Source: Octopus vulgaris
Lineage: Eukaryota
DNA: 64,000 nucleotides
Assembly (NCBI GenBank): GCA_951406725.2
Contig: OX597831.1
Span: 71,176,001 to 71,240,000, forward strand
Direction: 5' to 3'
Shown: one piece after another, positions 1 to 13,230 of the stretch
Layout: each line of letters begins with the position of its first letter
Position numbering within the stretch: position 1 is the first letter of the stretch
Position numbers and translations under genes: made by a program
Notes under the pieces: generated by a model
Told to the model about the DNA's origin: nothing
The model's database searches: none
Seen by the model: the letters and a program-made list of their open reading frames with translations, nothing else

Positions 1-150
1 TGGTTGGCATTAGGAAGGGCATCCAGCTGTAGAAACACTGCCAGATCAGACTGGAGCCTGGTGCAGCCCCTGGCTTCCCAGACTCCGGTCGAACCGTCCA
101 ACCTGTGCTAGCGCGGAAAACTGACGATGATGATGATGATGATGATGATG
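1..150 (+). mobile_element. 3' end of RTE-tail SINE-like repeat ending in (GAT)n
   Basis: TGGTTGGCATTAGGAAGGGCATCCAGCTGTAGAAAC...CCGTCCAACC...(GAT)n matches the 3' end of the RTE at 3026-3173. Confidence 0.85.
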
Positions 151-789
151 ATTGTTATGGTTATGCTAGATGGGGGACTTCAGTTTTTTTTCTGCTCCCA
201 CCCATGTTCTAATCAGTTCCATAATGCAAGAAGAAGATTTAAAGGAAGCAAGTGTTAACGAATGAATTACACCAACAAGCATATTTCTACCAGAATTCAC
301 CCATCACTACACACACTGTTCTCAGCATTTTCATTTGCAACTACAGACAGGTTTTGTTTATAGTTGGGGGTAAATTCCAGAAAATTCTATTTATGGCTGA
401 TATCAGTAATTTTTACTGGAATGGTCATCTTGTTATCTGTAAATGCAGATGCTGTGCAATTATACAGATTAATAGAATCTTCCTGATCACTTTTCCTCTG
501 TCTCTTTTTTTACGTCTTTTTCTCCTTCTTTATATCCTTTGTCTCTCTATCTTTGTACCTTTCTTTTTCTCTATTACTCTCATACCATTTCTAAAGATAT
601 ACATCTTCTATCTCTTCAGTGACTTCCTTTCTCTCTCTGTCCTCATCTTCTCCACATTTATTACTTTTACTCTTCTTTCCTTTGTCTTCTTCTCTCTGTC
701 ACTTACAATTCATTTTTATTTCTTTACCCATGTCTCTCTCTTTCTCACTCTCTTATTTTGCTTTACAATTTGTGTGTATATACAGGAAT

Positions 790-917
<128 letters not shown>

Positions 918-1114
918 TTCATGCTGATTTGTAATTGGTCAGACTATGCCAGAAGCTATAAATTTTGTCTAATTTTTTTAAGTATTTGTATTTTCCTGAT
1001 ATCAGTTTTTTCTAAACGTGTTCATGTTTCTGTTTATTTGTTTGAATTGTCTGTCAAGCTTGTGTTTAAAGATCATTCTTTCTTTCATTTCATATATGTA
1101 TATATATATATATG

Positions 1115-1160
<46 letters not shown>

Positions 1161-1164
<4 letters not shown>

Positions 1165-3173
1165 GGTATCAAGCTGTTGGACCAGGTGATGAAGGTTACG
1201 GAGAGGGTCATAGCCCAACTAATTAGAGAGAGTTAGTTTAGATGAGATGCAGTTTGGGTTTGTGCCAGGGAAAAGTACTACTGATGCTATATTCCTGGTA
1301 AGGCAGCTGCAGGAGAAATACCTAGCCAAAGATAAGCCCCTGTACCTGGCTTTTGTTGACATGGAGAAAGCCTTCGACAGGGTCCCCCGATCCCTTATCT
1401 GGTGGGCAATGAGAAAACTAGGGATAGATGAATGGTTAGTGAGAGCTGTGCGGGCCATGTATAGGGACGCCGCTAGTAGGGTGAGGGTTGGAAATGAGTA
1501 CAGTGAAGAATTCCGGGTAGAGGTAGGGGTCCACCAAGGCTCAGTACTCAGCCCCCTCCTATTTATCATAGTCCTCCAGGCAATAACGGAGGAATTCAAG
1601 ACAGGATGCCCTTGGGAGCTCCTCTATGCTGATGACCTTGCTCTAATTGCTGAGTCGCTATCAGAACTGGAGGAGAAGTTTCAGGTGTGGAAACAAGGAT
1701 TAGAATCGAAGGGCCTCAGAGTCAATCTAGCTAAAACCAAAGTCGTAATCAGTAGGAAGGTAGACAAATCACAAACACCTTCAGGTAGATGGCCCTGCTC
1801 GATCTGTAGAAAGGGTGTAGGTAGAAACTCTATAAGATGCACCAAGTGTAAGCTATGGACACATAAGAGATGCAGCAATGTCAAAGGAAGGCTAACTAGG
1901 AAGATGGTTTTTGTATGTGGCAGATGCTCAGGAACAATAAACACTGAAAATGCTCTGAGACCAACTTCTGTCACTTTCCAGGGAGAAAAACTAGAAATAG
2001 TTGATAGTTTCCGTTACCTAGGTGACCAAGTCAGCAGCGGGGGCGGGTGTGCTGAAAGTGTAACTGCTAGAGTAAGAATAGCTTGGGCAAAGTTCAGAGA
2101 GCTCTTACCTCTGCTGGTGACAAAAGGCCTCTCGCACAGAGTGAAAGGCAGACTGTATGATGCGTGTGTACGAACAGCCATGCTACATGGCAGTGAAACA
2201 TGGGCCGTGACTGCTGAGGATATGCGTAAGCTCGCTAGAAATGAAGCCAGTATGCTCCGATGGATGTGTAATGCCAGTACTCACACTCGGCAGAGTGTAA
2301 GTACCTTGAGAGAAAAGCTGGACCTAAGAAGCATCAGTTGTGGTGTGCAAGAGAGACGTTTGCGCTGGTATGGTCATGTGGCGAGAATGGATGAAGATAG
2401 TTGTGTGAAAAAGTGCCACACCCTAGCGGTTGAGGGAACCTGTGGAAGAGGCAGACCCAGGAAAACCTGGGACGAGGTGGTGAAGCACGACCTTCGAACT
2501 TTAGGTCTCACCGAGGAATGACTAGAGACCGAGACCTCTGGAAGTGTGCTGTGCGCGAGAAGACCCGGCAGGACAAGTGAGTCCACAACCCGTGGCCTTC
2601 TACATGGGATGGAGCCAGCCTACGTATGCATACCTTCCCTTCTTGGGACACAAAACTCTACTTGTGAAGACGTGTTGAGGCAAGTGAGGATCAGAATCGA
2701 AATCGATCAATGGAAATTGCGGATGTGCTACCAGTGCCGGTGGCATGTCGAAACTCTGCTTGTGAAGACCCATTGAGGCAAGTGAGGATCAGAATCGAAA
2801 TCGATCAATGGAAATTGCAGATGTGTTACCAGTGCCGGTGGCATGTAAGAGAACCTTCCGTTTCGCGACCGTTGCCAGCACCGCCCCGTTTCGTGTTCGT
2901 TGCCAGCCTCGCCTGGCCCTCGTGCCGGTGGCACATAAAAAACACCATCCGTTCGTGGCCGTTTGCCAGCTCTGGCTGGCACCAGTGCGGGTGGCACGTA
3001 AAAAGCACCCACTACACTCACGGAGTGGTTGGCGTTAGGAAGGGCATCCAGCCGTAGAAACACTGCCAGATTTGACTGGGCCTGATGAAGCCTTCTGGCT
3101 TCACAGACCCCAACAGAACCGTCCAACCCATGCTAGCATGGAAAACGGACGCTAAATGATGATGATGATGATG
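1161..3173 (+). mobile_element. 5'-truncated RTE-clade non-LTR retrotransposon (young copy) with 3' UTR and (GAT)n tail, inserted in (TA)n
   Basis: RT motifs QFGF, FVDMEKAFD, GVHQGSVLSPLLF, LLYADD, FRYLG; RTE C-terminal HGSETW, RRLRWYGHV, GRGRPRKTW; tail at 3157-3173. Confidence 0.93.
1162..2580 (+). pseudogene. RTE ORF2 fragment (RT with internal C4HC3 finger and C-terminal region), two frameshifts
   Basis: ORF 1247-2521 is preceded by RGIKLLDQVMKVTERVI in another frame (slip in the AG run near 1230) and followed by MTRDRDLWKCAVREKTRQDK* after a 1-nt slip near 2518. Confidence 0.9.
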
Positions 3174-3370
3174 ATATATATATATATATAGGGAGATTTT
3201 ATGAAAAAAACAAAAGACGATGACAGGTAGTGTACAAAACAAACAGATGTATTAGTATAATGCTGTGTGTGTGTGTGTATATATATATATGCACACACAT
3301 ATATATATATAAGCACATATATGTGAAAGAAGGTGGAAAAAATAGTACTCAAATACCAAAGGTAGAGTAA

Positions 3371-3450
3371 TATGCTTAATTAGAAAAGCAGCAAAAATAT
3401 CACAAAAACAGTTTTTGTGATATTTTGGCTGCTTTTTTTAATAAAGTATA
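3371..3450. repeat. ~75-nt near-perfect palindrome (foldback junction)
   Basis: AAAAGCAGCAAAAATATCACAAAAAC-A-GTTTTTGTGATATTTTGGCTGCTTTT. Confidence 0.8.
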
Positions 3451-3501
3451 TATATATATCAAAACAGGAGATTTGGAGATTTTTTTATTATTGTTAATTC
3501 A

Positions 3502-3594
3502 CCATTACACATGTTTCATTTGCTAATAGGAGTTACAAAATTGTACATGTAACAAAAACATGTAAGATATCATCTATTAGAATTCTTCAGACAG
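3502..3594 (-). ncRNA. Minimal type-I hammerhead ribozyme motif (slightly decayed)
   Basis: Minus strand: ctgt-CTGAAGA-attctaatag...ctattagcaaat-GAAAC-atgt-GTA-atgg; stem II ctaatag/ctattag; stem I with G-U pairs plus distal tattatt/aataata. Confidence 0.6.
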
Positions 3595-4320
3595 AGAAGC
3601 AAATAATACCAGGACACAACTTGGATTATAATCACATCTGCACACTATGTGTGTGTGTATGTGTGTGTGTGTATGTGTGTGTGTGTGTGTGATCATCATC
3701 ATCATTTTACATCTACCATCCATGCTGGCATAGACTGGATGACAGGTCATTTCTACTCTCTTAGATGAGTCAGGCGATCACATCTAACTCCTAATTTTTA
3801 TTTTTGGCCTGGTTTCTATAGTTGGATGCCCTTCCTAACCCCGGTCACATCACAGAGTGTACTGAATACACATTTTCCTGGCACCATCAAGAGAGAAGCT
3901 GTTATGTCTTAGACAAAATTAAACAGTTCTCACAATCCTACTACATTTAACATGGTGTACTCAAGGTACTTTATCATTACACCACTACTGCCCATTACTC
4001 TCTCAGGAGTGAGAGAGTTATAGACAGCAAAAAGTGGATAAATGGTGAGAGCGAGTGATGGCTGTGAACTCACATCTCAAAATGGGGAAAGTGCTGGTGA
4101 GACAGGGCTAAGAGAAGGAGGAGTAGAATGTTGGTGAGAGAGTCTGAGAGAATTCATGGTGAATTCACTTAGGAAGCAATGCACATTAAGCCAGAATGAT
4201 CGTGATGTGGGAAGAGGAAACAGTGATTGGGAGTTGATCTATAGTGGCTTGAGTAAAGACACACACACACACATACACAGATATACATAAACATATATAT
4301 ACATATACATACACACACTC

Positions 4321-4366
<46 letters not shown>

Positions 4367-4389
4367 ACGCACACACACATATCTATATA

Positions 4390-4520
4390 CCAGGTTATTA
4401 GTATTGCAAAAGGACTCTCTTTCAGAGTGAAAGGTAGATTGTATGATGCTTGCGTGAGAACAGCTTTGTTACGTGGTAGTGAGACATGGGCTCTGATTGT
4501 GGAGAACATGTGTAGGAGTT
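4390..4520 (+). mobile_element. Short RTE ORF2 fragment
   Basis: Encodes KGLSFRVKGRLYDACVRTALLRGSETW, homologous to 2120-2205. Confidence 0.8.
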
Positions 4521-4602
4521 ACAGAATAAGTAGGAATATTATGGGTTAAGGTAATCAGTGATAGTTGGTGGTTCAAATGCAAGCAAGACAGAATCATATC
4601 TG

Positions 4603-5889
4603 TTGGGTCATCCCATAAATTATGCGTTTTTTTTTTTATACTTCTTTTATTTTTCAAAATTAAGATAAACTAAGTTCTTTTTTAGTCTAAAATATACTCT
4701 CCTTCATTTTCTACAATGCTCTTCCATCTATCTGATGGACTTGCAAAGTCCCTCTTCCAAAATTCACTTATCTGTGATGAAAAATACTTCTCCAATACTT
4801 TTCTGACCTTGTCTACAGAATTCATATTTCTTCTGTCCAAAGGATTTTGAAGACTGGAATAAATGATAATCAGATTCGGTAATATTCAGTGAATATAGTG
4901 GGTGGGGCATCGTTTCCCATTCAAACTGCCCCTACCTTTGGAATATCATCCTCACTGTATGTGGCTGAGCATTATTCTGATGGAAGAACACTTTTTGTTT
5001 TGAAACCAAAGATGGTCGTTTTTCTTCTAGCACTGACTGAAGCCGCTCAAGCTGCTTGCAGTAGATCTCCCTTGTTATCATCTGGATTGAGTTTAAAAGT
5101 TCAAAGTGGACTAAACCTTTCATATCCCATCATACAGATAACAACACCTTGAGTGGGTGAAGATTTCCTCTAGCCTGGGGTGCCGTTGTTTCTCCAGTCC
5201 ATACCCACTGTCCTCGGTGCTTGACATTTTTATAGAGAACCCATTTCTTATCACCAGTCACTATTCGATCCAAAAAATATTCATTCATGAGATGTGACAG
5301 CAAAGGAGAGCTCACATTCACACTTTGCATGCGATTAGACTTGGAAAGTTGGTGAGGAACCCACTGACCCAATTTGCTGATTTTTCCCATGGCACAGGTG
5401 TCAATAAATGGTTGAATGACCAAATCCAAGCCTCTCTGCTAGTTCCTCAACAGTTACGATGAGATTTTGTTCCACCAGGGTTTGCAGGACATCCTCATCA
5501 AGCTCTACAGATTTCCCAGGTCGAGGCTCATCTTCTCGGCTGTAGTTTCTGGCTCAGAGTTTCTGGAACCACCATTGACACTGGCTTACATTTATTATCC
5601 AATCCCCATATACTGCATTAATATTCCTTGCACTTTCCATTGCGTTGTGGCCTTTATTGAACTCATAAAGCAAAATATGCCAAATATGCTCCTTTGTCAC
5701 TTCCATTATATCTTTGAAAAAACAACTTTTAAAATCAAACAGCACTCTTCAAAACTTGCACTAAGAATAAGTACAAGGTAAAATTACTACCTACTTTTAT
5801 AGCAAGTTGATGCAGGTAGTTTATCTCATCCCCTCTGACTTTTAGTTCATGCTGTTGCAAAAAACCACACTATTTATGGGATGACCCAA
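4603..5889 (-). mobile_element. Full-length degenerate mariner transposon (~1.29 kb)
   Basis: TIR TTGGGTCATCCCATAAAT at both ends, TA on the right; frameshifted transposase with WVPH, IVTGDKKW and FHQNNAQPH motifs. Confidence 0.92.
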
Positions 5890-6269
5890 TATGTATGTGC
5901 GTGTGTGTATATATATATGTGTGTGTGTATGTGTGTTGTGTATGGGTATGTGAATACCTTTGTGTGTCTGTCTCTGCATGTCTTTCCATTGACAGCACTT
6001 GGAAAGCAGGGATTGGTTTATGTTGCAAAACTTGGTTGTTCAACATGCAAAAGTGAAAGGAGTAGAGTGGTTTACATGAAAGCATGTCAGGATCAGTGCA
6101 AGGAAGGGCTTCCATCTGCAATGAGAAATCTCATCTGACCATGCTAGCACGCATAAAATGGATGTAAAAATGATGGCAATGATGACAGTAATGATAGAGG
6201 TAGTGATGGAGGTAGCTATAGTAGCTGTGATTTCATCTGTGTGTGTATCTGTATGTATATATATATATG

Positions 6270-7118
6270 CAGGGTACAGTGAATATATTGTTGTCTAAAT
6301 TATGTGGAAATGAAAATAACTCTGACATCTCATTTTAACAGATATATTTACCAAAATTACATAAAAAAGTCTTGAAATACTGAAGAGTAAATTTATTCTA
6401 TAAAATCGCCATTGGCTTCAACCACGGCCTCCAAATGACTTCAGATTCTTCTGCAACACTTCTGGATGGTCTCCTTGTTTAAGTTGGTGAATGCTGCCAT
6501 AATCCTTGTCTTCAGTTCATCTTTGGTGTTACAAGGATTTTTGTTGATCTCTCGCTCAACTGTGCATCACACATAATAATCAAGGGGGTTGCAGTCTGGG
6601 AAGTTAGGTGACCAGATGTTAGGGGTGATGTGGTTGCAGAAATTGTCTGACATCTCCTGCTTGTGTGGCATGGTGCAGATTCCAGCAGCCACCCTTTTGA
6701 CCCAGAGCAGCACTAACACCTCCAGGCACTTGATGTAGGCCTCCGTCTTGAGTATGAGGTTGTGTGGGAAGACAAATGGTGGCATAACATCACTTTCACT
6801 AGTTATCACTCCAAACACCATGATGTTGACTGGCTGTTTGAATTTGATTACTCCTGCTACATGTTTTGGGAACACAACAAGTCAACGGTTGTTCTGTGTG
6901 TTCACCATCTGTCTATATTGCAGCTTCCAGTGTGAATGTCAAGCAGTACAGTATGTTGTTTTCAAATTTCTGGTAGAGTGAATTGTGCCATGGTGCTGTT
7001 TTTCTCACAGATGGTGCCCATCTGATCCTACTATACTGTGTATTTAATAAAATCAAAAACAATGTGCATGTGTGAAATGAAAAATATAAAATGGCAACAA
7101 TCTATCCACTGCACCCTC
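6270..7118 (-). mobile_element. Internally deleted Tc1/mariner-superfamily (maT-like) transposon
   Basis: Imperfect TIRs CAGGGTACAGTGAATATATTGTTG / CAACAATCTATCCACTGCACCCT; peptide MVFGVITS...WSPNFPDCNPLDYYV. Confidence 0.8.
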
Positions 7119-7239
7119 TCCATTACAAAAGACCATAATCATCAGATGAGAAGTAATTTTACAAACAGGGATGTGCCTGGAGTCTGTTGAGGCCAACTAT
7201 GAAATGGAAGAATGACCAACTATGTTGTCCGTTGAGGTT

Positions 7240-7287
<48 letters not shown>

Positions 7288-7294
<7 letters not shown>

Positions 7295-7432
7295 GGCTTC
7301 TTTCAGTTTTTGTCTATCATATCCGCTCACAAGGCTTTGGTTGGCCCGAGGCTATAGAAGACACTTGCCCAAAGTCCCACACTGGGACTGAACCCAGAAC
7401 CATGTGATTGAGAAGCAAGCTTTTTGCAACAC
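7288..7432 (-). mobile_element. tRNA-derived SINE family A, 5' part
   Basis: Reverse complement of the head of the family copy at 23919-24330. Confidence 0.75.
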
Positions 7433-7436
7433 ATGC

Positions 7437-8255
7437 ATCATCATCATCCTCATCATCTAATGTCCATTTTCCATGCTAGCATGGGTTAGATGGTTTAACA
7501 GGAGCTGGCAAACTGGAGGGATGCACCAGGCTCAAGTCATCTGTTTTGGAATGGTTTCTATGGCTAGAAACCCTTTCAAATGCCAAACAGTTTAAAGAGT
7601 CTACTGGGGAACTTTGATGTGGCACCAACACAGGTGCTGTTTATGTGGTCCTAGCATGAATGTTTTGTTATGTGAGGCCAGCACAGGTACTTTTTTACGT
7701 GATACTGGCTTGGGTGCTTTTATATGTGACACTAGTACAGGTGCTTTTATACGTGGGGCTGGTATGGATGCGTTGTTACTTGGCACTGACTTGGATGCCT
7801 TTTACATGGTGCAGGCATAGGTGTTCCCTAAATGGTGCTGCCACGAGTACTTTGTGATACCTATTTCTTTATTACCCACAAGGAGCTAAACACAGAGGGG
7901 ACAAACAAGGACAGACATAGGTATTAAGTCGATTACATCGACACCAGTGCGTAACTGGTACTTAATTTATCAACCCCGAAAGGTTGAAAGGCAAAGTCGA
8001 CCTCGGCAGAATTTGAACTCACAACGTAACGGCAGACAAAATACCGCTAAGCATTTCGCCCGGCGTGCTAACATTTCTGCCAGCTTGCCGTGCTTTTATA
8101 TGTGATACCAGCATGAGTGCTTTGTACACAACACCTGTATGGGTGCCTCATACATAAAATCAACACAGATGTTTTTTACATGATGCTAGCACATGTTTTT
8201 TCTTTGCGACACCAGTTTGGGTGCCTTTTACATGGTACCAGTGCCCGTGGGATCA
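7437..8255 (-). repeat. Old RTE-tail repeat whose hairpin module expanded into a degenerate ~27-nt tandem array
   Basis: (CAT)n tail at 7437, then units like GGTGCTTTTTACGTGGCACCAGCACA recurring about every 27 nt; split by a SINE at 7862-8090. Confidence 0.65.
7862..8090 (-). mobile_element. SINE family C (central CCTTTCATCCTTTCGGGGTCGATAAA core, Meta-domain-like)
   Basis: Near-identical to 14127-14358; homologous to the + strand copies at 30-33 kb. Confidence 0.8.
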
Positions 8256-8562
8256 CTAAGTTGCTTGCAAGACAAGTATGTGTTAGCTGAGAGAGGGAGA
8301 GAAATTGAGAGAAGTTACTGTGTGTCAGGCAAAAGGTTGGAGTATGATAGAGGGACATAGATAGTTGTCTTATTAAGAGAAGGTACTATGCTACACCATT
8401 TGGATAAGGAAGGAGAGGATGGGATAGAGTGGGGAGTAAGATAGAGAAAGTTAGAGAGAGATTGAGAGGGCCTACTCACCGGGTACAGTGTGTAAGGAGT
8501 ATGAGTAGCACAAAGGGTATAGAGAGGAAGTATCATAAGTGTGTAAGGAGAGGTATTTAGTG

Positions 8563-8593
<31 letters not shown>

Positions 8594-8607
8594 ATATGTA
8601 TGTATGT

Positions 8608-8812
8608 ATCATCATCATCATCATCATCGTTTAATGTCCGTTTTCCATGCTATCATGGGTTGGACGGTTCGACCAGGGTCTGGGAAGCCAGGAGGCTGCC
8701 CCAGGCTCCTGTCTGATCTGGCAGTGTTTCTACAGCTGGATGCCCTTCCTAACACTAACCACTCCGTGAGTGTAGTGGGTGCTTTTTACGTTCCACCAGC
8801 ACAGGAGTCAGA
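8608..8812 (-). mobile_element. RTE-tail SINE-like repeat
   Basis: (CAT)n followed by the reverse complement of the RTE 3' end. Confidence 0.85.
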
Positions 8813-8868
8813 GGAGGCTATATATACCTACATACATACATACATACATACACACATACATGTATGTA

Positions 8869-8913
<45 letters not shown>

Positions 8914-9918
8914 ATTTGTGTACATATATGTATAAGAAAATGTTAAACTACATCTAAGATAAGACCACTGCAGTGTACTGAAGATTGAACCATAACTGTA
9001 AATCTTAAAACCTATTTGTAGAGGAAACATTAAACATGACATTTTCTATGCAGGTATTCAAAATAGGATAGACTTAGGTTATGTAAGGAAACCAAGAAAT
9101 GGTTCTAACATATATTACATAATTCTGTAGATAGCATATGGCCTTTATACTGTAACATGTTCTAGCATAGAACTGTTCGGAAACTAATTTTGATATTAAA
9201 GTCATGGATGATGAATAATGTTACAACAGGTAGATCCATCAAATGCTTCATCATTTTCACAGAAATAAATGTAGGATGGTTTTAAAGATATCTGTATTAA
9301 TCCAAATATTAGCTGCAAAAGAAAAACATATATTATCTAAGACATCAACATGGATCTTACCTATTTTATTGAATCTTATGTAATAGAAACATTTCAGATT
9401 ATATATGAAAGGTGCAAACCTTTCACCTTTGCTTCAAGTTGATGTAGGATTCGGATTCTGGATGATTTGAGTACTGTAGGCAATATGCATGCTGAAATTA
9501 AATATTTTCTACATATTGGCTTACATCATGACAGCAGCAACAAAAATGATGGACAGCTATTAAAAATAGATAAAATAAATATAAATAGATATTTTTATCC
9601 ACCCATCCATCCCTCTATCCATCCACCCATCTGTCTGTCAGTCTCTCTATTTCTCCATTCATTTGTTCCATCATAAGACGTGAATGATTCATCACTATAT
9701 ATATATATATATATATACACACACATACATATATGTGTGTGTGTATAATATATATATGTATGTACATTATATACGTATATATGTATGTAAGTATGTATGT
9801 ATGTATGTATGTATATGTACATATCAGTCTGTCTTTTGGTATTTATATATATGTGTGTGTGTCTGTGCTTGCATGTGTATAAAATATTATTAAGCAAGAA
9901 AATGGAGATACTTAATGG

Positions 9919-9958
<40 letters not shown>

Positions 9959-10243
9959 GAATCATTCAAGTCTTATGATGGAACAGATGAATGGAGGGAC
10001 TGATGGATGGACGGATGGATAAAAATATTTGATATTTATAATATATTTATTGAAGAGATATCTCTTCACAGTATAATATATTAAACCAGTATAACTTTGA
10101 TGGAACCATCCCTATAAGAGGTTTCTATATTCTCACATTGACTACATATATATATATATATATATATATAAATAATAGTAATAATAATAATAATAATAAT
10201 AAAAAGTGACAAGAAAAGAATGAGATCTCGATATTAAATAAAT

Positions 10244-10451
10244 GGTTCTAGGTAAATTCCACTGTGGAAAATTCCACTACGAAAAATTCCACCAGGTAAA
10301 TTTCACCATAGGTAAATTCCACCATTGTAAATTCCACCCATGGAATGATTTCCAATATAAGCTGCTCCCGCTAGTAATCACCATGGTCAGTTTATTGACC
10401 ATGAGTCAATACCTGTTTTATTTAATCTGTATCTCACAATTCTTAAAAAGT

Positions 10452-10484
<33 letters not shown>

Positions 10485-11334
10485 TTTGAAGGTGAGATAG
10501 AAAATAATCTTAATAATCTAATTGAACTGAGATGGGATCACTTTACGGTATTCCCATCAAGCAAGAATCTATGGAAAACACCCATCACAATATTTCAAAA
10601 ATAATATAATTTGGGATAAAGAAAGAAAAGATTAAATTTTAGCTCACATTTTATTATAAAAATAGGATAAAAAAATAACAGTGAAGCATTGCAATACTTC
10701 TTAAAAATTGCAGAGGTTTTTCATTTTGATATTCCTGAACTAGCTTCTTCAGCCATGCATCAATAATTTCATAGGTCTTTCTTTTTTTTTGTTGTTGTTG
10801 TTGTTGAGTCTCCACATCGAATGTGTGCAATTTTTGTCTGGCTTAATCCTTTCTCAGCTTTGAGGGCAGTGCATAGTTTCCACAAATTTGGATGTGTGGA
10901 TGTTAGTGATGAGCGCAAAGCATTGTGGAACACTTCTAAAGAATTATCTGATCCTGGCAAGTCCTTTAAGACACGTTCACGTACATTCCAGAGATCTATA
11001 GGAAAATGTGGAGTTTCTCTTCGCCGAGGAGGACTGCACCCCCCGTACAATCCCAATGTATGTAATTTCAAAATAGGGGATAAACTCAGAAGGGATGTCT
11101 TCATCATCAGACATGTCTTCAAATACATTAACAATGTCTTCAATATATTTTTTGTATTCATTATTTTTTATGTGTTCTTTTTTTATTTCCATAATATCGT
11201 AACCCATATGATGATGGTGGTGGTGGTGGTGGTGGTGGCTGTTGTTGTTGTTGTTGTTGTTTCACCTATGGTGGAATATACAGCAGGGGAATTTTCCATG
11301 TTGGAATTTACCACAGTAGAATTTACTTGTCACC
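10244..11334 (-). mobile_element. Mutator-like (MULE) element relic
   Basis: Long imperfect TIRs built of GGTAAATTCCAC repeats; peptide FIPYFEITYIG...FPIDLWNV...PGSDNSLEVFHNAL resembles MULE transposase C-termini; possible 8-bp TSD aaataaat/agataaat. Confidence 0.82.
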
Positions 11335-11451
11335 AGATAAATAAAATATTATTTATAAATGTTCTAAACTATAACACACACACACACACAAATATATATA
11401 TTTCCTTTTTACTTATTTCATTTATTAGACTATGATATGCTGAGGCACTGC

Positions 11452-11482
<31 letters not shown>

Positions 11483-11483
11483 C

Positions 11484-11510
<27 letters not shown>

Positions 11511-11515
<5 letters not shown>

Positions 11516-11905
11516 GTAAGTAGCTTGTTTACCAACCACATGGTTCCGGGTTCAGTCCTACTGCGTGGCACCTTGGGCAAGTGTCTTCTACTATAGCTTC
11601 GGGCCGACCAAAGCCTTGTGAGTGGATTTGGTAGACGGAAACTGAAAAGAAGCCCGTCGTATATATTTGTATATATATGTGTGTGTGTTTGTGTGTCTGT
11701 GTTTGTCCCCCTAGCATTGCTTGACAACCGATGCTGGTGTGTTTATGTCCCCGTTACTTAACGGTTCGGCAAAACAGACTGATAGAATAAGTACTGGTCT
11801 TACAAAAAGAATAAGTCCCGGGGTTGAGTTGCTCGATTAAAGGCGGTGCTCCAGCATGGCCGTAGTCAAATGACTGAAACAAGTAAAAGAGTAAAAGAGT
11901 AAAGA
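11511..11905 (+). mobile_element. tRNA-derived SINE family A
   Basis: GTGGTAAGTAGCTTG...GGTTCAGTCC (A/B-box-like head), body, (GTAAAAGA)n tail. Confidence 0.9.
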
Positions 11906-11906
11906 G

Positions 11907-11959
<53 letters not shown>

Positions 11960-12689
11960 TATATTATATATATTATGTAAATCTAATGAACAGCTACAGA
12001 ATACTTTAGCTTAGATTCAAAACTGTATCTGCATTTTCCCACATTGTCAAACGTCCAACCCATGCTAGTATGGAAAGCGGATGTTAAACGACGACGATGA
12101 TGATGATGATGTTCACAGCCTATTTTCTTAGCCTTTCTTCACTGAAAGATTAATGAGAACGAACTGACCTCTCAGGACTTTTTCCAAGGCATTCAAGGGC
12201 CATAAATGATATAGTGAAGAATGCCATTGTTCTCATTTGAGAACAATTAGAGAAGTTATAAATATACAAGCAAATATCGGTTGGCCTCTCTCAGTGATCT
12301 GGCATCGGGCTGAGGAGTGAGCGTTTTCTTTTGCTTTGGATCAACCAGTCTCATGGTCAAAGAGCAACTGTTCTCTGCATGTTGATCAGTGTGTGAAGGT
12401 AGACTCTATCTGCACACATTCCTTCTATTCTGTCTTTCTCACTAACACGCATAGAGATGAAACTGCTATCTATCGTACAGAATGGACTGGAGATCTATCA
12501 ACAATTGGAGCACACACCAAAAACTCAACAAAGTTGTACCTATTTTATATATTGTAATGACTAATATTATAAGCATATCTATATTAAATGGCCACATTAA
12601 TAATGAAATAATATTTCTCATTCATTACTTTCTGATCTGCATTCATAAGATAAAATTTCCTAGTTATATTTCTTTATTTTTTATATATC

Positions 12690-13050
12690 AGTTTCAGTCA
12701 TTAAACTGTGGCCATGCTGGGGCACTGCCTTGAAAAACTTTTAGTCAAATGTATCGATCTCAGTACTTATTTTTTTTAAAAGCCCAGTACTTATTCTATT
12801 GGTCTCTTTTACTGAACTGCTATGTTACATGGACTTGTACACACCAGTACTGGTTGTCGAGTAGTAGTGAGGAATAGCAGACACAAAACACACATGCTCA
12901 CATACGATAGGCTTCTTTCAGTTTCCGTCTACCAAATCTATTCACAAGGCCTTGGTCAGCCTGAAGCCATAGTAGAAGACACTTGCCCAAGGTGCCATGC
13001 AGGACTGAACCTTGATGTGGGGAAGGAAGCTTCAAATAAAACAGCCATGC
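12690..13050 (-). mobile_element. SINE family A (diverged)
   Basis: Reverse complement of family A. Confidence 0.8.
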
Positions 13051-13188
13051 CTGTATGTATGTATGTATGTATGTATATGTATATACATATGCAGCCATGC
13101 CTATGTGTAAGTATATATTTATATATATATATATATATCTATACATACATACATACATATACATACATACATATACATACATACATAC

Positions 13189-13230
<42 letters not shown>

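Noticed and set aside
2730-3010. CRISPR-like palindromic repeat-spacer array in the RTE UTR
   Set aside because: The linkers are homologous to each other and between copies, i.e. tandem duplications inside a retroelement UTR
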